Assembly (NCBI GenBank): GCA_963823665.1
Contig: CAWGMQ010000004.1
Span: forward strand, 64,001 to 128,000
Reading direction: 5' to 3'
DNA length: 64,000 nucleotides
DNA from: an uncultured Planctomycetota bacterium
GTDB lineage: Bacteria > Planctomycetota > Planctomycetia > Isosphaerales > Isosphaeraceae
Below are positions 1 through 10,253 of this stretch, piece after piece (positions within the stretch are counted from its first letter, which is position 1; each line of letters starts with the position of its first letter). The notes under the pieces are model-generated. The model was not told where the DNA came from and did not search any database. It saw only the letters and a list, made by a program, of their open reading frames with translations. A program made the translations under genes and the position numbers.

Positions 1-1
1 G

Positions 2-1477
2 GCCCCACCCGTGGGACTACCCGGCGTGACCGCCCAACCGCCGTCATTGAAGAATGCGCGACGAGCACCTCTCAAGACGTCACGGGCGTGGGTGATTGTC
101 GCGTCCGCCGCCGCAGTTGGCCTGGCAGGGATTCTCGCGTCGGCTCTGTTCCTCATGAAGCACGGCGGGGACCTGAAAGTCGCCAGCGATGAGGGTGCCA
201 GAGCACCGACAAAACCGAACCTCAAGCCCAAGGAAGCGATCGCCGCGATTCCGAAAGCTGCCAGGCCCGGCCCGCAGCCTACGGATCAACCGCCAGAATC
301 GGTGAGTTCACCAATCGCAAGCGCGACTGTCTCCGGCGACCCGCCCGCTACCCGTACGCCGAAAGGTGAGTCCCCAAAGAAAAGGCAAGGAACGCCGTCT
401 GACTTCGTTCTGGTAGGACCGCCCCGAGATCCGACTCCGGGCGATGCCCCCGCCGCGATGGCCCACCCGGAAACCGGCAGCAACGTGAACAAATCGACTC
501 CGTCAATGAAGGCGAACATGGTGCTGGAATTCATTCTCAAGGAGAAAGGAAAGGAGTCGGTCCTCGAGCTGCCGGCATCCGCTCAGGGGCCGGTTGTTGT
601 CAAGAAACTCGATTTGACAACCTCGAAGAAACCCGCAAAGTCATCGGGCGGTTCGCTCCGCGCGACGACCGGCCCATCCGATCAGCCAGTGCTCAACATC
701 ATGGCCACCGTGGACGGCCCGCTGGGCCCTCGCGAGCAGGCGATTGCTCATTTCAAGGCAGACGCTCGGCAAGTCACATTCAACTGGGATAAGGCCGCAA
801 CCGACGCTCTGACAGCAGAAGCAGAAGAATTCCTTCGCATGAGCACTCTTAACATTGTCACCGAACGGAACGAAGTGCTGTACGCACTGCTCGCGCATCG
901 ACCGCGCCCGATCTCGCCGCCGATCGAGATTCCGGGCGACGTTCTGGAGGCCGCCCGCGGCAGGAAGAAGGCGGATTTGACCCTGGATGTTCGCTTGGCC
1001 CGTCTCTCTCGATCCGCAGTTCCGGTACTTACAGAACCGGCTTGTCCTTTTGAAGATGAAAGCTTATCCCAAGGGATCCTCCAGGGAATTACCGCTCGTC
1101 GAGGGCGATTCGCCCGGACAGTGGATCTGTAAGGGGAAAGACGGTTCCGATCGTCATGACCGTGAATATCAAGGAGAGCGATAATAAACTACGGTTCGTT
1201 TTTCCGCAAAATCCTTATCTGCTGGAATCCCGTGTCGCCGAGATCAATCGCGCGCGGTCGAGCCCCTTTAAAGATGGGAACGCCCTCGACCCGAAAGATG
1301 CCGCTCGATCGGACGCGCCGCAACAGCCAAGCCGGCTCGAGGCCGACCTTCGGCTGATCCAGAGCCTGTTCGAGCGCAAGGTATCGCTTCGTGGTCGGGC
1401 TCCGGGTCGACGACAAGGACAAGGTCGTCGAGCTGGTCGGGATCGACGAGTCTGCCCAGGAGAAAACCCCGCAATGA
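2..1477 (+). CDS. 3' part of a large membrane-anchored hypothetical protein (start outside window; frameshifted)
   Basis: Frame is open from the window edge. One TM (WVIVASAAAVGLAGILASALFL), then a Pro/Lys-rich linker and a globular region. Coding-like sequence continues through ORFs 987-1184 and 1156-1491 and probably ends ...VVELVGIDESAQEKTPQ* at 1477. Confidence 0.6.
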
Positions 1478-1494
1478 GCCGGATGATTTGAATC

Positions 1495-4438
1495 ATGGCC
1501 GATCATCATCAGATCGTTGAGCAGATCCGGGCGTTTCTCCAGTCGAGCGACCAGACGAGGAACGATCGCCTCGATGACCTGGCGAAGGCCTACGCGCAGG
1601 TGTGCACCGAGGCGAACGGACGGCTCGGGCGGTGCCAGCGCTTGTTGCAGCAGGGACTGCGCTCCGAGGCGATTCAACAAGCGGAAGCCGAGCCGCGGTT
1701 GCTCGATTTCGTGACGGCACTCGATTTCCCCGAGCGCGCCGACTGGGACGAGATCGTCGACATCTACGCGATGGCCGCCCCACCCAAGCTCATGGCCGAC
1801 GCACGGGCTGCACTTGCCGATGCCTACGCAGAAGCCGAACCGCTTCAGAACTTGCTGCGCAACCACCGCCGCCTGGCGACGCAGCGCGCCCCGCTGCGAA
1901 CCCGGATCGGCGTCATGCGAAAGCTCGCCGCCCAGGATCCGCGAAACCCGATCTGGGCCGAAGATCTCCGAGTATTCGAGAAAGCCCGGCTGCGGCAGAT
2001 TCAGATCGAGGCGGCCGAGGCCGTCCGGCTGCATGACGCGGACCATCTTGCCAGGTTGCTTTCGGAGGTCCAGGAACGAAACTGGATCGAGAGCCCGCCA
2101 AGGGCGGTCGTTCAGGGCTTGACGAAGGCCGCTGAGCAGCTACGTGGTGAACAGGCGGCAGCAGCGTTGGCCGATCTCGAGGCCCGCTTCTGCGAATCGC
2201 TGGCCGCTCGTGACGCAGCCCGCGGCCGAACGGCCCGCGACGAGTGGAACGCTTTGATGAAGACGTCCCCGGTCGATTTCACCGATCCGATCTTGGAGCG
2301 AGTCGGCCCCGCGCTCGACATGGCTCGAAGACGAGGACCGGCGAGCCGTCACCGCGCAAGCTTATGAAGTCGACTTGAACGCGCTCTCGAGCGCACTCGA
2401 TGGCACCGCATCCATCTCGGCCGCCGAGCTGGAGCGGCTCGAGCGCGAGCTCTTGCGGCACGGACGCGGCATTCCCGAAAAGATCCAGCGCAGGTACGAC
2501 ACGCGGTTCCGCGCGGCGTCCGCACGCGCGGACGGCGCACACGCCTGATCGTCCTCGCTGCTGCGGTGGCCCTCGGTCAGCGGCGCGCTGGTCCTGACTT
2601 TCTACCTGATCCAGAGCGGTATCCGCTCGAGGAAACGCCCAGAAGGCGGCGGCAATGGTCGCCGCGTTCCTCGAGAAACGGAAATACGAACAGGCCGAAG
2701 GCCTGCTCGCCAGTCTCGAGAAGGCCGATGCCAGCCTTGCTGGAAGACCCGTTGCTCGTCGATGCCCGCAAGCACTGCCGAGCGGCCGAGAGCAGGAGGC
2801 CGAGCGAGCCGAGAAGTTCGAGGACGCCATGGACGAGATCCGAAACGCGTCGCGCGGAGGAAGCGGAGCCGAAGGCCGTGGCCACCGCGAGAGAGCTGGC
2901 TCGCGGCGAGGCAGAGACACGCGCGCTCGAGGAGCTGATCCGCGAGCGCAAAGCCAACCGAAAGAACTGCACGCGAGAAGCGCGAGAGCGGCTACCGCCC
3001 GCGGCTCGAGACGATCGAGCGGTACAGTCAAACGGCTTGCCCAGCGGCTCGGTGCAAACCACGGTTGACTTCGACCGCTTTCAGGAAGAGCTCGACGGCT
3101 CGCGGCGCGAGCTCGACCTGCTCAAGCCCGAGATCGCCACATCGAGCGAGCGACCTGCGCGAGCAGAGCAGCGACGTGCAGAAGCGGCTCGAAGAGTGTA
3201 GAAAACCGCTTCGATCAGCTTCGAGGCCAGTCGCAGCGCAGGGACGAGATCACCGAAGCCGTCGCCTACAACGTCGCCGAGCCGGCCGGTGACCTGAGCC
3301 TCTTCGCAAGCCGCCTTCTTGCCTTCGTCAGGTCCTTTCCCGAGGAGCCGAGCGCGAAAGGCATTCGAGGCCACCCTGAGCGAACGGCCGCTCTGGGATG
3401 CGGTCGGTGCGTGGAACGACCTGGTCAAGAGCTGGAAGAAGCGAGGCGCAGAATTGAATGCGGAAGAAGCCCAGACTCGAGCCAGGGCGTGCGCCGGGTT
3501 CTTGAAAGACAACCCCGCATACCCGACCCTGCTGGCGTGGAAGATTACCGGCGCGTACATGGAATCGATCGCCCGCCGCACCACAGGTGAGGAAAACCCC
3601 CGCACGGCGCTCCAGTCGGTCTTCTCCCAGTCGCTGATCGCGAATCTGTTCATGGTTGTCGCCAACGACGGCACGAATCCGCCCAGGCGATACTACACCC
3701 GCAGTCTACCCAAGGAAAACAAAGGAAAGGTCGAGGTGAAGTACCTCGTGAGACGCGGCAAGGAAGAACGACATGACTTGGGTTGCTCCCAAGGATATCG
3801 TGTCGAAGGATCCGGCGCCGCAGTCACAGCTCGCGTCGGGTGCCAGGAAGCTCCTGTCCGACCCGTCGCTCCATGACCGCTGGGACGATGTCATGAGCGA
3901 CCTAATCAAATCGATCGTGAACGAGCCCAGGATCGATCCGATCTTGCAGGTGAATTTGCTCAAAGTGGTGATCGAATCGGCGGGGGCCGGCAGCGAGCCG
4001 GTTCGCATCGCCCTCGAGGGCGCAAAGAAGGTGCTTGACCAGGCGAAGATCAATCTCGACGTCGACTGGACCGACCCCGATAGCGACGAGCTCGCTAACC
4101 TGCGGAACCAGGCACGCCGAATGATTGCGGCGGCGCGAGAGAAGCTCCCGCACGAAAACCAGCTCAGTCGTACGCGCGATGAACTGGAACGAGCTGTCCT
4201 GCAAATTCACCGGACGGTGGGCTGGCTTGTGCGTGGCGCGGATGGCTTCGTCGTCAAGCACGGTGTGGCTCTTCCCGCCGATGGTGATTTGTGGGTCCTC
4301 GTGGCCTCGGGCCAGAAACGAGGGGAGTGGAAGAAGGTGGGCACGATCACCTCGGGCGGCAAGCAGAACATCGACGCGACGAAACAATCCGCGTTGGCTC
4401 CTGGCCGGCCGGTCTTTATGATCGTTCCATCGTTTTGA
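1495..4438 (+). CDS. Large alpha-helical hypothetical membrane protein (~980 aa when joined; many indels)
   Basis: ORFs 1495-2367, 2566-3201, 2655-3068, 3319-3876 and 3773-4438 overlap in alternating frames with continuous helical protein-like sequence. Hydrophobic stretch near 2545-2610. Confidence 0.65.
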
Positions 4439-4470
4439 AGCGCATTCCCGCTCGAGGAAACGACGGAACC

Positions 4471-5259
4471 ATGTCGATCGCACCCGGCCAGTGGTACGTG
4501 CGGATGCGAGGCCGCGTACTCGGCCCGTTCAGTCCGTCGCAGCTCGCATCCTTGCGCGATCGGGGGCGACTCGCGGAGGACCACGAGCTTTCGCAGGATC
4601 GCCGGAGCTGGATGAAGGCATCCGAGATGCCGGGCGTCTTTGCCCGGCCCGCGGAGTCACATTCACAGCCACAGCATTCCCGGGCCGTGGAGCTTGAGTG
4701 GCCCGTCTCCTCGTCACCGGGGGAAGTGCCGGCCCCGGCTCAGCTCTCGCCTGCCGCCGCGGTCGAAACGCAGTGGTTCGTCGCCCGCGGCAGCTCGCAT
4801 CAAGGTCCGATGACTCACGCGGACGTTCAGCGGATGATCAATTCCGGCGAGCTCGGAGGAAACTCGCTGGTCTGGAAGCACGGGATGCCGGCATGGCTGC
4901 CCGCCGCGCAGCTTCATGAATTTCGGTTCGAAGCCGTGGCGGCTGCGGGCTCACCCGCGGCCACGGCGGGCGCTTCGTTCCAGGCAGCCGGTGCCAATCC
5001 GTACGGTTATCTTCCGCCCACGAGCAGGATGGCGATCGCCAGCCTGGTGCTCGGGCTGCTGTGGCTTTGCGGCATCGGCAGTCTCCTGGCGACGATTTTC
5101 GGCGCATTGGCCCTCTCCCAGATCTCACGCGCAAACGGGGCGATCTCCGGCAAGGCACTGGCGCTCGCCGGGCTCGTTCTGGGAATCCTCGGGCTGACCT
5201 CTTCCATCGCCGTGGCGATCATCTTCAGCTTGCTCCGCATGTCGGCAACGCACAGTTAG
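4471..5259 (+). CDS. Tandem GYF_2 (DUF4339) domains plus DUF4190-like membrane hairpin
   Basis: Two GYF_2 motifs (WYVRMRGRVLGPFS...W and WFVARGSSHQGPMT...LVWKHGMPAW). C-terminal TSRMAIASLVLGLL...ALALAGLVLGIL. ATG at 4471. Confidence 0.85.
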   Translation: MSIAPGQWYVRMRGRVLGPFSPSQLASLRDRGRLAEDHELSQDRRSWMKASEMPGVFARPAESHSQPQHSRAVELEWPVSSSPGEVPAPAQLSPAAAVETQWFVARGSSHQGPMTHADVQRMINSGELGGNSLVWKHGMPAWLPAAQLHEFRFEAVAAAGSPAATAGASFQAAGANPYGYLPPTSRMAIASLVLGLLWLCGIGSLLATIFGALALSQISRANGAISGKALALAGLVLGILGLTSSIAVAIIFSLLRMSATHS

Positions 5260-5302
5260 ATCCTTCGCATCCGGCATCGCCGGCCAGATCCGCCTCGTAC
5301 AA

Positions 5303-8005
5303 TCACGGGCGCGCTGCTGGCGCCCCGGACGACGCCAGCTTCTGCCGCCACTCGAGCGCCTTCTGTGGCTCGCGTCGGCCTTCGTAGAAGGTGACAAGCC
5401 GCGTGATCGCCGCCGTGATTTCGTTTCGCTTGAAGAAGGGGATCGTCGTCTCGCCGGCTTTCAAGCCTTCGTAGCCACGGATCAAGAGCTGCTCGGCATC
5501 CGCGGGTTTGTGCTGCCCGGCCAGCGCCTCGCCGAGCTGGCTCATGGTCTGGAACAGCCTCCAGTCAGACGATTCCTTCGATTCGCGGAGTTTCAAGCAC
5601 TCCTCTAGCAACGATGCGGCCTCGTCCCAGCGGCGAGCTTCGAGGTGGATCGCCGCGAGATCGTTGAACGACTTGAGCGTATCCGGATGGCCCGACGTGA
5701 GTGTGGCTTTCCGGCGCTTGAGTACATCCTCGAGCATCGCGACGGCTTCCGGGTTCCGCCCGGCTTCGCGGAGGGCAAGCGCGAGGTTGTTCATGCTCTT
5801 GAGCGTGTCAAAATGATCGACCGGCAGCTTGGCCCGGCGCAGCTTGAGAACGCTCTCGAACTCGCGAACAGCCTCGTCGGTCCGGCCCGCAAGCTGATGT
5901 GCGGCTGCCACGTTGTTCTTTGAGATCAGCGTCTCGGCGTGGTCCGGGCCGAGCTTCGCGGTGCGGTGCTCGAGCGCTTCGACGAAGAGCGGCAGCGCGC
6001 GGTCAAGCCCGCCCAGGTCGAGATAGGCAGCGGCAAGGGTGTCCATCGCCGTCAGCGTATCGGGATGGCCTGCCGGCAATGTTGCCCGCGATCGTTCCAG
6101 CTCCTCCTCGTGAAGCGAAACCGCCTCGGCGAATCGGAACACAGCGCGATACGCGACGGCCAGGTTGTGCAGCGTGATCAGCGTGTCCGGATCGTCGCGC
6201 CCCAGCTTGGCGGTGCGGCGCTTGAGCACGTGCTCAAAGAGCGCGATTGACTCGTCGTTCCGCCCAACGGCGCGATAGGCCAATGCCAGGTTGTTTATAC
6301 CCATGAGTGTGTCAGGATCGTCGGCCCCAAGCTTGGCGCGAGCCAGACGAAGCTGTTTCTCATGAAGCGAAACCGCCTCGTCAATACGACCGGCGAGCCG
6401 GTACGCCACGCCCAGATTGTTCATCGAAGCCAGAGTTTCGGGATGGTCTTTACCCAGTTCAGAGGCGCGCAGCTCGAGCGCCCGCTCGTGTTGAGCGATG
6501 GCTAGCTTGGGTTCACTCAGGTAGAGGTAGGTCGTGCCGATCGTGTCGCGGATGGCCGCCTCAACGAGCGGCTGCGCGGCGAACTGGCCAGCCACCGCCG
6601 GCTCGGCCGCGTCGATCGCGGCGCGAACGGTGACATTGAAGCCCTTCCCACCTTTCTGACCCTCCGGCCGAGCAGCACCCAGGACAGTCTCGCTGAAAAA
6701 CTTGAGCACCGCCTTGGCCTTGGCTTCCTCGCGCCGGGCGCGCACGGCCTGCCACGTGCTGATCGCAGTCGCTGCGGCCATGACCACCACGATGGTGGCA
6801 GCCGTCAATAAAAACACACGGTGCTTCGAAGCGTATTTCCCGATCAGGTACGACGCGCTCGGAGGAGCCGCCTCGACCGGCTGCCCCGCGAGAAACCGCT
6901 GGAGATCCCGGGCCAGGTCGTTGGCCGTCTCGTACCGCCGGGTGCGCTCCTTGGAAAGTGCCTTCATCGCAATCCAGTCAAGCTCGCCGCGAACCAGCCG
7001 CGTCAGCTTCGTCGGCTCGGTATTCCGGCGTGCGGCGATCTTCGCGAGCTCAGCGTTTCTCGAAAGGCGCGCGCTCAAGCCCGGCGGTTCCTCTTCACGA
7101 ATCCGCCTGAGAACTTCGGAATATCCTGCTTGCCTCAGGCGCTCGTGCTCAAGCGGTGTTGTGCCGGTCAGTAGCTCGAAGAGGAGCACGCCCAATGCGT
7201 AGACGTCAGTCCGGGTGTCAACGTCGATCGCGCTGTTCTCGGCCTGCTCGGGGCTCATGTACTCGAGCGTGCCCACGATCGCGCCGTGCTGGGTGTAGAG
7301 CGTGCTCTCCGTGAGCCGCTGATCGATCGCTTTCGCCACGCCGAAATCGATCATCTTGGGCACAGGCGTACCGTCGTACAGCGACACCAGCACGTTCGAC
7401 GGCTTGATGTCGCGATGGATGATTCCGCGCTGATGGGCATGATGCGTGGCCTGGCAGACCGAGACGAGAAGTCCCAGGCGCTCCGCCGGCGTCAACTGGG
7501 CTTCGTCGCAATACGCCGTGATCGAAAGGCCCTTGACCAGCTCCATGACGAAGTACGGCCGGCTGGAGGCCGTCGTGCCGGCCTCGAAAACCTTGGCAAT
7601 GTTCGGATGATCCATCATCGCCAGCGCCTGGCGTTCAGCCTCGAAACGCGCCATGACCTGCCGCGAGTCCATGCCGGGCTTGATGATCTTCAAGGCAACT
7701 TTGCGGCGAATGGGCTGCGACTGCTCGGCGACGTAGACGGCCCCCATCCCCCCTTCGCCGATTTTTTCGAGCAGCTTGTACGACCCGATCACCGACCCGG
7801 GGCCTTCGAGCTGCGTGCACGCGAGCAGGGCGTTCTCCAGGAAGTTGCCCGCACTATCGAAGGACATGAACAGACTGGCGATCTCGTCGCGGATTGCCGC
7901 ATTGCCCCCGCAGGCCTCATCCAGGAAGCGGGCTCGCTCCTGGGAGGAATCGATCTCCAGCGCCTGATCGAAGATCCGCTGGACATCCGGCGCCGGATTC
8001 GACAT
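5303..8005 (-). CDS. Ser/Thr protein kinase with TM and kinesin-light-chain-type TPR repeats
   Basis: IGEGGMGAVY, VALKIIK, HRDIKPSN, IDFGVAK, GTLEYMSPEQ. Repeated HP(E/D)TLxSMNNL TPRs. Likely start MSNPAPDV at 8005. Confidence 0.95.
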   Translation of the reverse strand: MSNPAPDVQRIFDQALEIDSSQERARFLDEACGGNAAIRDEIASLFMSFDSAGNFLENALLACTQLEGPGSVIGSYKLLEKIGEGGMGAVYVAEQSQPIRRKVALKIIKPGMDSRQVMARFEAERQALAMMDHPNIAKVFEAGTTASSRPYFVMELVKGLSITAYCDEAQLTPAERLGLLVSVCQATHHAHQRGIIHRDIKPSNVLVSLYDGTPVPKMIDFGVAKAIDQRLTESTLYTQHGAIVGTLEYMSPEQAENSAIDVDTRTDVYALGVLLFELLTGTTPLEHERLRQAGYSEVLRRIREEEPPGLSARLSRNAELAKIAARRNTEPTKLTRLVRGELDWIAMKALSKERTRRYETANDLARDLQRFLAGQPVEAAPPSASYLIGKYASKHRVFLLTAATIVVVMAAATAISTWQAVRARREEAKAKAVLKFFSETVLGAARPEGQKGGKGFNVTVRAAIDAAEPAVAGQFAAQPLVEAAIRDTIGTTYLYLSEPKLAIAQHERALELRASELGKDHPETLASMNNLGVAYRLAGRIDEAVSLHEKQLRLARAKLGADDPDTLMGINNLALAYRAVGRNDESIALFEHVLKRRTAKLGRDDPDTLITLHNLAVAYRAVFRFAEAVSLHEEELERSRATLPAGHPDTLTAMDTLAAAYLDLGGLDRALPLFVEALEHRTAKLGPDHAETLISKNNVAAAHQLAGRTDEAVREFESVLKLRRAKLPVDHFDTLKSMNNLALALREAGRNPEAVAMLEDVLKRRKATLTSGHPDTLKSFNDLAAIHLEARRWDEAASLLEECLKLRESKESSDWRLFQTMSQLGEALAGQHKPADAEQLLIRGYEGLKAGETTIPFFKRNEITAAITRLVTFYEGRREPQKALEWRQKLASSGAPAARP

Positions 8006-8214
8006 GGTCGGATGTCCCGTCGGACGGCTGCGCGGGTGCAGGCCGCGAATGCCCCCCCCTCGCTCGGTGAGGCTCCCCCGGGGAAACACGCGCCCCGGCG
8101 CTCCGTGCCGATGGCGCGTGAACGTGCTGATATCCTATCCTGTCCCCAGGAGGATTGCCATCGATTCCCGCAAAAAGCAAGGGCGCTGTGACCAATCCGC
8201 GTCGATTACCACCA

Positions 8215-8508
8215 TCACAGCTCGACGCCACCTGGATCCTTCGGGCCAACCATGCCGGTGTCATCAGGCGTGAGCGAAACCGATCCGGGCGGGTTGATCG
8301 TCTGGACGTGCGCGGCTGCCATCGGCCCTGCAGCGTGGTCAATCAAGAGTCCGCCGTGCGCCGGCGCCGCAACCGGAATCGAGCTGAGCGACGTTCGGAT
8401 CTCGAGCGACTCGACCACGATAGAGCGCCGTCCGCAGCGGTTGCGGCTCGACCCAGCGGAATGGCCAGGACTCGTAAACCAATTAACAAACTGTCGCAGA
8501 GTGATCAT
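8215..8508 (-). CDS. Small (97 aa) protein with planctomycete LEPRxLL-type N-terminal export motif
   Basis: RNRCGRRSIVVESLEIRTSLS matches the RR..E.LE.R.LLS pattern. GGAG lies just upstream of the ATG at 8508. Confidence 0.65.
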   Translation of the reverse strand: MITLRQFVNWFTSPGHSAGSSRNRCGRRSIVVESLEIRTSLSSIPVAAPAHGGLLIDHAAGPMAAAHVQTINPPGSVSLTPDDTGMVGPKDPGGVEL

Positions 8509-8967
8509 GACTGGTCTCCACACCTTTTTTGTGAAACCGGAGGAAAGTTCAGGGCGTGGGATGACCACTGGCCTGGCGCGGGTTTCCGCCGCCGGCTTGA
8601 AGTCTTCGTCACTGCGCGAAGGACGGACGCACGCGGCTCACACTGAGCCGATCATCCGACCCGCCGCCCTACCCATGACCGCTTCGGTCAATGCTCGGAG
8701 GCGTTTTCCGGAGCCTCAAGCAAAGAGGCCTCGATCGCCGTCGTTCCAGAGCTAACCTCAGGTCTTCCCGACTGCCCACGTTCCATAGAGAAAGACGGCA
8801 GCGCCAGGGCCGACATGCGCTATCAGTCGCGTTTTTTTCAGTTTCGGAGCGAGGACACTCCCTGGCAGGGCTACTGTAGGGCCAGACTGACGGCGCGCGG
8901 TCAGGAACAGTAGAATGCAGGAGGCACGGCGGCGGTTGGGATCGACGTCGTTCCTGGAGATTCGCGC

Positions 8968-9808
8968 ATGAAGCCCATCGCAGACGGCATCCTGTCGCGC
9001 ATCACTCTGCCTGATTTCTCACCAACGTTGCTCTGGATCGGATGTCCACTCGCCCTCGCCGTTCTCGCCGCGCTCTGGTCATTCCGCATCGTGGATGAAC
9101 GCTCCGATCGTTCACACCGCTTTCCGACACGACAACCGCATCACGTCGCTGATCTTCCCGCCGAGGTCGCCGGCGACTATTTCAAGGGCGGTCGCGGTGA
9201 TGCGTTGCGTCTCAGAATCCTTGCTGACGGGCGCTACTCTTGCTTCGTTTCCGGGCATTCTGGCGTGACAGGGAGGGAGAATGGCTTCGCTCAGCTAGGT
9301 GGCGGAATCGTGGTCCTGCGTCGCGAGTCGGGAGATGATCTTCTGCCGGTAGCGCTCCGGGTGGTTCCGTGGAACGACCGCGTTTACCTCGTCCCGCTCG
9401 ACGAGATGACCGCTTTCTGTGATGCGATCGTCGCCGGCGAGGAACCCAGAACCCAAAACGCGGGCGCGTTTCTGCTCAAAGACAAACCGGGGCCGGTGCG
9501 CAGACCTCGCAGCCTTACCGCAGTTACCCGATGAGTGGGCGAAGGAACTCAATCGCACGTGCATTCTCGGGCGAGTTGTCTCCGTGGCGGGCCCGAATCG
9601 GGTTGTCATCGATCTGGGCGGTCGCGATGGTGTCAAGGTCCGGCACGTCGTCGTGCTCCGATCCGACGAAGGAGGCATGCCTGGGTTGGGTTTCGTGGTT
9701 TCGACCGATGAATCGACGAGCACACTCGATACGTCTTCGGATGTCCTCTCTCGACGAGCGAAAGCCTACGCCGGGCAGGTCGCCATCGTGTGGAAAGAAG
9801 CGAAGTAA
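8968..9808 (+). CDS. Membrane-anchored hypothetical protein (one frameshift near 9500)
   Basis: ORFs 8968-9534 and 9419-9808 join. N-terminal TM, ..VPWNDRVYLVP..FC..GEEPR motif, C-terminal beta-rich GRVVSV...VVIDLGGRDGV. Confidence 0.65.
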
Positions 9809-10024
9809 CGGACGTTGAGGCCGGTCCCTTTCATGTTCGGACCCATTCTGGCAATCGCCAGAATCCGCGACCATGCGCGATCCCCGTGGAAGCCACCCTC
9901 GTATTCAATATAGACCAGCCCCGCGCAAGCCGGGTGGTCGGATCGCGTCGTGAGTCGGGATATCGACCGCCGCATGGGCTACCAAGACCGTCACGCAATC
10001 CTCATACTGAATAGTGCAGGTAGC

Positions 10025-10053
10025 TTGAGGGTCGGATCGGGGGGGGGTACGAT
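10025..10053 (+). promoter_or_regulatory. Putative sigma70-type promoter with a G9 tract in the spacer
   Basis: TTGAGG (10025-10030), 17 nt spacer containing G9 (10039-10047), TACGAT (10048-10053). About 200 nt upstream of the GTPase ATG. Confidence 0.5.
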
Positions 10054-10253
10054 GAGGCGCTCGGTACGTTGGCCGGCCTGCGTCTGCTTCCGTCTTCGTG
10101 ACGGCCACCGCGATCATACGCGCCACTCGATGTCACTCGGTGGGCCCAAGGCGGGCGAGGGAGGGCGGGCGTGGAGCACGTCAGAGCGAGCTCCTTTGAT
10201 GTTTCGAAGCGGGCAAGGCGGGGCCGGCCCGCGGCGAAGTTGAAGGGTGGGTC

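Noticed and set aside
9902..10013. Imperfect 10-bp inverted repeat (TATTCAATAT / ATACTGAATA) as a MITE
   Set aside because: Short, one mismatch, no target duplication seen. Could be chance or a regulator site.
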